In this document: positions 8,494-14,578 of the stretch, piece after piece | Layout of the letters: each line of letters begins with the position of its first letter | Numbering within the stretch: position 1 is the first letter of the stretch | Assembly (NCBI GenBank): GCA_027625355.1 | Contig: JAQBWI010000002.1 | Location: forward strand, 1-35,164 | DNA: 35,164 nt | Direction: 5' to 3' | From: Pseudomonadota bacterium | GTDB taxonomy: Bacteria; Pseudomonadota; Alphaproteobacteria; HIMB59; GCA-002718135 | Position numbers and translations under genes: made by a program | Notes under the pieces: generated by a model | Told to the model about the DNA's origin: nothing | The model's input: only the letters and a program-made list of their open reading frames with translations | Databases searched by the model: none

Positions 8494-8534
8494 ATTCAAT
8501 AAAATGAATAATTATTCAATATATTGAATAAAAT
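8494..8534. promoter_or_regulatory. Operator module 1: nested palindromes including the perfect 20-bp TTATTCAATATATTGAATAA (8512-8531)
   Basis: Read directly from the sequence. There is a perfect 20-bp palindrome at 8512-8531, a perfect 14-bp palindrome TGAATAATTATTCA at 8505-8518, and an imperfect ATTCAATAAAATGAAT at 8494-8509. The module sits in the 99-bp divergent gap between the SBP operon and the LacI-family gene. Confidence 0.65.
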
Positions 8535-8546
8535 ATTGGTGGAAAA

Positions 8547-9539
8547 ATGAAAAAAAATGCAACTTCTCAAGAAGTAGCGAAATTAGCTGGAGTTTCTCAA
8601 TCTGCTGTTTCAAGGTGTTTCACAAAAGGTGCCAGTATTTCTAGCAGGACAAAATTAAGAGTTATCGAGGCTGCTAAAAAATTAGGTTACAAACCTCAGT
8701 CCTATTCTACGAGTACTTCTAATTTAGATGAAGGAGGATTGGTCGGAGTAATATTGCCATATATTACTAACAGATATTACCCTGAAGTTTTAATAGAATT
8801 ACATGAGGCACTAAGACATTCAGGATACAGGGTCTTACTAATCACTACAGATGATGGTGAAGAGCTTGATGACAACTTGATACAGCCTTATCTCAAAGAA
8901 AAACTCATTGCTATAGTTTCTGCTACAAAGCCAACAGATTCTTTCGTTGAAAATTGTTTAAATAAGCAGATTCAACTCATTGCCTTTAACAGAAATTGGA
9001 AAATACCAACTTTAAGTTCTGTAACCTGTGATCATAGATACGGAGGGGAGGCGGCTGCTGAACATTTCATTAATAACGGACACACTAAGATTGGAATTAT
9101 AGAAGGCCCAACAGGATCATTTGTGAGTAGCGAGAGATGTAGAGGTTTTAAAAATCCTATAAAAAATTCTAAAAGAATAAAATTATTTTCTGAAAAAGGA
9201 AATTTTACATATGAAGGAGGTTTTGAATCAACAAAAAAACTTTTGGAAAATGATATCACAGCAGTATTTTGTGCTGATGATATAATGGCATTTGGATGTC
9301 TGGATTGCATAAAGCAGCACACAAACTTAAGCGTCCCAAAGCAAATAGAAATTATTGGTTATGATGATATATCAACAGCAAATTGGCACTCCTATAATTT
9401 AACTACAGTAAGACAACCTATTCGAAAAATGTCAAAACTTATTACTCAGATTATTGATGACAATTTAAAAGACCCTGAATTTGAGCCTATTAATTATGTG
9501 ATACAAGGCAAATTTGTTTATCGCAAGACAACAAGATAG
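8547..9539 (+). CDS. LacI-family transcriptional regulator
   Basis: 330 aa. It has the N-terminal HTH ATSQEVAKLAGVSQSAVSRCF followed by a periplasmic-binding-protein-like sugar-binding fold (GYDD near the C-terminus). Confidence 0.9.
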   Translation: MKKNATSQEVAKLAGVSQSAVSRCFTKGASISSRTKLRVIEAAKKLGYKPQSYSTSTSNLDEGGLVGVILPYITNRYYPEVLIELHEALRHSGYRVLLITTDDGEELDDNLIQPYLKEKLIAIVSATKPTDSFVENCLNKQIQLIAFNRNWKIPTLSSVTCDHRYGGEAAAEHFINNGHTKIGIIEGPTGSFVSSERCRGFKNPIKNSKRIKLFSEKGNFTYEGGFESTKKLLENDITAVFCADDIMAFGCLDCIKQHTNLSVPKQIEIIGYDDISTANWHSYNLTTVRQPIRKMSKLITQIIDDNLKDPEFEPINYVIQGKFVYRKTTR

Positions 9540-9542
9540 AAA

Positions 9543-10235
9543 TTGTCTAAAATAATTTTGATTCCAGGATATATGTGTAACAAAACCATTTGGGATGCAC
9601 AAATACCTATTCTAAAAAAAAAATATAGTGTTTCTATTTCTTCTCTTAGGAACATTGCTACAGTAGATGATGCAGTACAAAAAATCATAAACAAAAATAC
9701 AAAAAAATTTTCCGTTATAGGTTTTTCAATGGGTGGATTTATTGCAATAAAATTAGCTATCGAGTATCCTGAAATATTAGATAAATTAGTTTTAATAGGT
9801 ACTAATGCAAGACATATTTCACAAAAAAGAAAGTTGCTTTTAGAAAAGTCATTAACAACTTTAAATAAAAATAACTTTGCAAAATTATTTTATCAAAAAA
9901 ACTATAGTTCCTATTTTTCTGATAAAGATTTGAAAAATACATCATACCAAAATACTGTTTACTCAATGGCTAAACAATTGGGGTATAAAACTTTTTTAAA
10001 TCAAACTAATTTAATTGTAAATAGACCCAATCAACTAACAAAGCTAAATAAGATTGTATCAAAAACTCTTATTATTCGTGGCAAAAACGATAAACTATCC
10101 TCAAATATTATGAACGATGAATTAAATAAGAAAATAAAATATTCAATGTATACAGAAATTAAAAATTCTTCTCATTTTGTAATGATAGAGAAGCCAAAAA
10201 TTTTTAATAAAATTGTTTCTAATTTTTTATCTTAA
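9543..10235 (+). CDS. Small alpha/beta-fold serine hydrolase (esterase/lactonase-type)
   Basis: 230 aa. It has the nucleophile elbow GFSMGG, an acid residue in GKNDKL, and His in SSHFVMIEKP. The start is TTG, 4 nt after the LacI stop. The first beta-strand (IILIPGY) precedes the first in-frame ATG, so the TTG start is needed. Confidence 0.7.
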   Translation: MSKIILIPGYMCNKTIWDAQIPILKKKYSVSISSLRNIATVDDAVQKIINKNTKKFSVIGFSMGGFIAIKLAIEYPEILDKLVLIGTNARHISQKRKLLLEKSLTTLNKNNFAKLFYQKNYSSYFSDKDLKNTSYQNTVYSMAKQLGYKTFLNQTNLIVNRPNQLTKLNKIVSKTLIIRGKNDKLSSNIMNDELNKKIKYSMYTEIKNSSHFVMIEKPKIFNKIVSNFLS

Positions 10236-10236
10236 A

Positions 10237-11367
10237 TCAAATCGTTTTAGATGCTATTTGAGTACCCTTAACTAACGAAACTAGTTTCTCATAACAAATT
10301 TTTTCATCAACTTTTCCAAATCCAGCAAAAGTACTAAAACCACAATCTGTACCAGCCATAATTTGCTCCTTTGGTACAAAAGTAGAAAATTGTTTTAACC
10401 GATCAGCAACAACTTCGGGGTGTTCAACAAAATTTGAAGTTGAGTCAATAACACCAGGCACAATGACTTTATCTTGTGGCAATTTAATCTTTTCAAAAAC
10501 TTTCCATTCATGTGCATGTCTTGGATTTGAAGACTCAATTAATAAATATTTACTTTTTGCCTTAAGTACAATTGGTAAGATTTTTTCCAAACCAATATCA
10601 AAAGTATGAGGTCCCTCATAATTTCCCCAGCAGATATGCATTCTAATTTTGTCATGTGAAACTAATGCCAATGAATGATTAAGAGCTTCAATTTGTTTTT
10701 CAGCCCGCAGCAAAAAACTTTCTTCATCTAATTCTTTAAAACTCATATGCCTTGCTAATGCTAAATCTGGACAATCAACTTGCAAGAATAAATTATTAGA
10801 AGTAATTTGTTGATATTCTTCTGACATAATCACACTAAGCTTATTTAGATACTCGTCATCATTGTTATAAAATTTATTAGGTAAAAAAACATTTATGACT
10901 CCTGGTGAAGCGGCATTCATAAAGCCCTTAGTATGATTATTAGCACTTAAAGCGGAAGATAAATTATTTATATCTTTTAAAAGATCATCATTATTTTTAA
11001 TTGAGAGTTCCCCAGTACAACACGGTCGGGTATAAGTAGGAGTTCCACCACTTTTAGCAATCTTATCTTTATATTCAGGAAATGCATCTAAATCAGCTGG
11101 TGCTCTTCTTTCGCTTTCACCAGAAAAACCATTAATTCTATCTTTAACATATGTAGCATAACTAATTTTACTCATTTCACCATCACTGATAAAATCAATA
11201 CCTATATCAAGTTGTTTTTTGACAACCTCACTTACATTTTTTTTTACAACATTATCAAATTCATTTTCACTAAAACTATCTCCCTTATCTTTTGCAAAAA
11301 GTAATTCTGATAAAGTTTTAGAGCGAGGTAAACTTCCTACATGTGTTGTTAATATTTTCGTGTTCAA
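10237..11367 (-). CDS. Stand-alone MetE catalytic-domain homologue (cobalamin-independent methionine synthase-like, COG0620 type)
   Basis: 376 aa. It has the N-terminal THVGSLPR and Zn-ligand-like positions MHICWGN (H-x-C), LIESSN (E) and GTDCGF (C). The start is TTG. It is the last gene of the bicupin operon. Confidence 0.7.
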   Translation of the reverse strand: MNTKILTTHVGSLPRSKTLSELLFAKDKGDSFSENEFDNVVKKNVSEVVKKQLDIGIDFISDGEMSKISYATYVKDRINGFSGESERRAPADLDAFPEYKDKIAKSGGTPTYTRPCCTGELSIKNNDDLLKDINNLSSALSANNHTKGFMNAASPGVINVFLPNKFYNNDDEYLNKLSVIMSEEYQQITSNNLFLQVDCPDLALARHMSFKELDEESFLLRAEKQIEALNHSLALVSHDKIRMHICWGNYEGPHTFDIGLEKILPIVLKAKSKYLLIESSNPRHAHEWKVFEKIKLPQDKVIVPGVIDSTSNFVEHPEVVADRLKQFSTFVPKEQIMAGTDCGFSTFAGFGKVDEKICYEKLVSLVKGTQIASKTI

Positions 11368-11374
11368 TCTTTAG

Positions 11375-12346
11375 CTATCCTGTTTTCATCAGAATTTGTT
11401 TCCAAATTTCAGTTTCATCAAATAAAATCCATTCATTTTTAATGCCTCGTGGTCCAAATTCAACATGAGATATAGCCATAATATGAACTTCTGCTTGACT
11501 AGGCACTCCAAAATATCCCGAACCAGAATGAACACCATTAAGCGACCATCTGATAGCTGCCTTTCTGTACTGATTTGGTTCATCTAAATAACTCACATGA
11601 TCAACTGAAAATGTTGCATCAGGAAATGATGAAAATAAAGAAGTCCAAAAAGTTTTTACTTCTTCAACTCCGTAAGCTTTTAATCCTCCTGGTAATTCTT
11701 GATTTATTGCCCTATCATATTTTTTATCAACTATATTGATATCTTTATTAAATATAGATTTTAAAACTTCTGCATATTCATAACCTGAGTTTTTTTCAGG
11801 TAAATTTAATTGTGAATATTTTAAATCCAAAGGTGTGTTTTTGTTAAAAGGAACTGCACAATTTTCAATACCCCCTTGATTATCAATTATTTGTTTTGCA
11901 TATTTTTTTGGATCTAAATTAAGTTGTCTTACAATTGCACCCTGATCTCTAACAAGCCATTCATCATACACTTGATTATCCTTGCATGCACAATCTGCAA
12001 TTACTCTATAAATAAGTTTTGCTCCTGTTGCTTTTCCATAAACTCCATCTTTCAAGTGAGTTGCTCTAGTTAAAATTCGATGCGATGATAAATACCCATC
12101 GTTTTCATTACCTATCCATATGACATCTTCACCTAAGAGTTGACGGTCAGGGAATTCTTCTAAAGTTGCATAAGTTGCTTTTACAACTACATCAGGTCCA
12201 TATACAACTCCAGCAGGGGACCTAACTGGAATTCCTTTTGCGTAATATTCTCTTATTGACTCAACATCCTTGTCTTCCCAAATCTGATAAGTAATTTTTA
12301 AAATATAATCAGGTAGATCTCTAAATTTTTGATCAAAACCCTTCAT
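11375..12346 (-). CDS. Tandem NTF2/SnoaL-like (predicted ester-cyclase) protein, function unknown (paralogue B)
   Basis: 323 aa with two SnoaL-like halves (ITYQIWEDKDVESIREYY...FPDRQLLGEDVI and VKTFWTSLFSSFPDATFSVDHV). It is more distant from paralogues A and C. Confidence 0.6.
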   Translation of the reverse strand: MKGFDQKFRDLPDYILKITYQIWEDKDVESIREYYAKGIPVRSPAGVVYGPDVVVKATYATLEEFPDRQLLGEDVIWIGNENDGYLSSHRILTRATHLKDGVYGKATGAKLIYRVIADCACKDNQVYDEWLVRDQGAIVRQLNLDPKKYAKQIIDNQGGIENCAVPFNKNTPLDLKYSQLNLPEKNSGYEYAEVLKSIFNKDINIVDKKYDRAINQELPGGLKAYGVEEVKTFWTSLFSSFPDATFSVDHVSYLDEPNQYRKAAIRWSLNGVHSGSGYFGVPSQAEVHIMAISHVEFGPRGIKNEWILFDETEIWKQILMKTG

Positions 12347-12349
12347 CTT

Positions 12350-13321
12350 TTAATTTTTTTGGCGCACTATATAAATGCTACCTTTATCGCCACTTATATT
12401 TTTAAGGCTTCTTGTAGAGTTTTTTGGAGAGGAGAACGCATCTCTAGGTCCAATTAACACTTTTTTATCATTACATGTAATTTCCCATTCTCCATCCAAA
12501 CATAAATAAACTTCAGATTTTGATGAGGTGTAAGGATGAATATGTGCATTACTACCTTCAAGTAGAGTAAGCCCAAATCCAGTTTTATGACTAATATATG
12601 GTTTAAACTCTTTATTATGAATAGTAAAATCATCTAAATAATTTAAAATAGAATTTGAATTATAATGTTCGTCATCTAGAAAATAATTTTTTTGATCTGC
12701 ATATCGAATTACAAATTTTTCAATTTCTTCAGAAGTATAATGATCAAATTGTGTTAATTCATTATCTGTGATTGGCTCTATAGCTTTTTTACCAACAGGT
12801 ATTTGATTTTTTTCTAAATCAATAAGAGAGTTATCACTTAAAAGAACCATTCCAGTTTCTTTCGCTTTTTTTAACAATGAAGGAGTCCATGTAATTACTC
12901 CCGGATCATTTTCACCTAAAACTACAAACATTAATGCTTGTTGATCACTGACATTTTGGAATCCTCTAAACATATTAGTAGGAAATGAAGCAACATCTCC
13001 TTTATGTAGAATAACCTCACCCTCTTTTCCATCTGATCCCCAATAAAAACGCCACGAACCAGAAAAAATAATAAATACCTCAGCTGTTGTATGACTATGA
13101 AGCCCAGAACCATTCATAGGTGCAGCACTTACTGCCCCAATATTAAACCCATGTTCCTCGGCAATTTTTACATTTTGTTTAGAATCTTCACTTACCCCAG
13201 GTCCCACTAATGAGTAATTCAATCTATCCTGATGTCCTTTTAACTTACCCTCAACAAATGGAACTTTACTTGGTATTAACTCATTAAATCTTGCTACACG
13301 TGTTTCTAAATCTGTTGACAT
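12350..13321 (-). CDS. Bicupin protein (two cupin barrels), function unknown
   Basis: 323 aa. Domain 1 has HSHTTAEVFIIFSG (HxH-x3-E-x6-G). Domain 2 has HIHPYTSSKSEVYLCLDG (HxH-x7-E-x6-G). Both motif-2 regions read P-x-N-x2-R-x3-N (PTNMFRGFQN, PKNSTRSLKN). Confidence 0.7.
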   Translation of the reverse strand: MSTDLETRVARFNELIPSKVPFVEGKLKGHQDRLNYSLVGPGVSEDSKQNVKIAEEHGFNIGAVSAAPMNGSGLHSHTTAEVFIIFSGSWRFYWGSDGKEGEVILHKGDVASFPTNMFRGFQNVSDQQALMFVVLGENDPGVITWTPSLLKKAKETGMVLLSDNSLIDLEKNQIPVGKKAIEPITDNELTQFDHYTSEEIEKFVIRYADQKNYFLDDEHYNSNSILNYLDDFTIHNKEFKPYISHKTGFGLTLLEGSNAHIHPYTSSKSEVYLCLDGEWEITCNDKKVLIGPRDAFSSPKNSTRSLKNISGDKGSIYIVRQKN

Positions 13322-13340
13322 TTCTTTAAAATTATATTTT

Positions 13341-13392
13341 ATTCATTTTTATTGAATAATATTCAAAATATTGAATAAATCAATTCAATATT
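13341..13392. promoter_or_regulatory. Operator module 2: array of TTGAATA/TATTCAA half-sites collinear with module 1
   Basis: TTGAATA-A-TATTCAA is a perfect 15-bp palindrome (13352-13366). TATTCAAAATATTGAATA (13360-13377) differs from the module-1 core by one base. AATATTGAAT-N6-ATTCAATATT (13367-13392) has 10-bp arms. The array lies in the 104-bp divergent gap between the bicupin operon and the NTF2/HisD-like operon. Confidence 0.65.
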
Positions 13393-13425
13393 ATCTCGAC
13401 ATGTGAGTAACTAAATTGATAAAAT

Positions 13426-14517
13426 ATGACAAAAATCGAAAATTTTAAAACCAGCATCCAAGCTAATGATGATGCTGAAATTATAAATATCGAACCTAAA
13501 AGAAACTTAGAGAATAAAAAAAAAATTAGGATATTTTTAAAAAATATTGCTGAATCAAATCTACAAAACTTAGAGCAAAATTTAAGAAATGCATATCATG
13601 AAAATGCAGAAGTGCGAGCATTTCATCCAATAAATGACATAAAGGGGATTGATGAAATAAAAGATAAATTATGGACACCTCTTTTAAAATCTTTTCCAGA
13701 TTTAGAGAGAAGAGATAATTTAATAATTGGCGGAAGTTTTCAAAATAAAATTTTTGTTTCTATTGTTTCTCATTTAACTGGTACATTCAAAAACTCATGG
13801 TTAAATGTGCCTTCCCATAATAAAACAATTCATCTGAGAATTTGTGAAGCTCACGAAATTCAGGATCAAAAAATTATTCGCTCCCATATCCTAATTGACA
13901 CATTAGATTTCATTCGTCAGGCAGGCTTCTGGCCAATAAAAAAATCATTAGGTGTAGAGGGAGTGTGGCCTGGTCCAATTACAGGGGATGGAACAACATT
14001 TGAAAATCATGATCAAGAATTATCAAAACTTTCAATGGATCAATCACTTACGATGCAGAGAAGTTTAAATGTTAAACCAGAAACAGATCCTGGTTCAACA
14101 CATGAATATATTAGAGATAAATTACTAAATCACCCCCAAAAAGAATATTGGCATCCTAAAATGATGTGGTACGGACCTTGCGGTATTGGTACAGCAAGAG
14201 GATTGGAAGGATTTGTTGATCATCATCAATTACCTTTCAGACTTACATTCAAAGAGAGAGATTACTGGAAAATTGGTCATTATATTGAAATAGCTGATGG
14301 TAATTATTCAATGACATCAGGTTGGCATAGTATTGAGTGTATACATGGTTCAAGTGAGTGGCTTGGATATGAAGCAACAAATAAATCAGTAACAATGAGA
14401 GTTATGGATTTCTATTTACATCATGAAGGTTTGATAAGAGAAAATTGGGTCCCAATAGACATAGCTCATATCTTAAATCAAATAGGTATAGATGTTTTTG
14501 ATCTAATAAAAAAATAA
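13426..14517 (+). CDS. Tandem NTF2/SnoaL-like protein, function unknown (paralogue C)
   Basis: 363 aa. It is a clear paralogue of 2498-3571, sharing PDLERRD, ITGDG, YWHPKMMWYGPCGIGTARGLEGF..HHQLPF and LIRENWVPID...IGIDVFDLIK. Confidence 0.6.
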   Translation: MTKIENFKTSIQANDDAEIINIEPKRNLENKKKIRIFLKNIAESNLQNLEQNLRNAYHENAEVRAFHPINDIKGIDEIKDKLWTPLLKSFPDLERRDNLIIGGSFQNKIFVSIVSHLTGTFKNSWLNVPSHNKTIHLRICEAHEIQDQKIIRSHILIDTLDFIRQAGFWPIKKSLGVEGVWPGPITGDGTTFENHDQELSKLSMDQSLTMQRSLNVKPETDPGSTHEYIRDKLLNHPQKEYWHPKMMWYGPCGIGTARGLEGFVDHHQLPFRLTFKERDYWKIGHYIEIADGNYSMTSGWHSIECIHGSSEWLGYEATNKSVTMRVMDFYLHHEGLIRENWVPIDIAHILNQIGIDVFDLIKK

Positions 14518-14578
14518 CAGATTTAATTGATGTTATTAGATAATTATATATACGTAGAAAATTAATTTAGAGGAAAAA

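Noticed and set aside
11368-11374. SAM or cobalamin riboswitch / leader in front of the MetE-like gene.
   Set aside because: Only 7 nt separate it from the upstream cistron. There is no leader that could hold a riboswitch, so the gene is internal to an operon.
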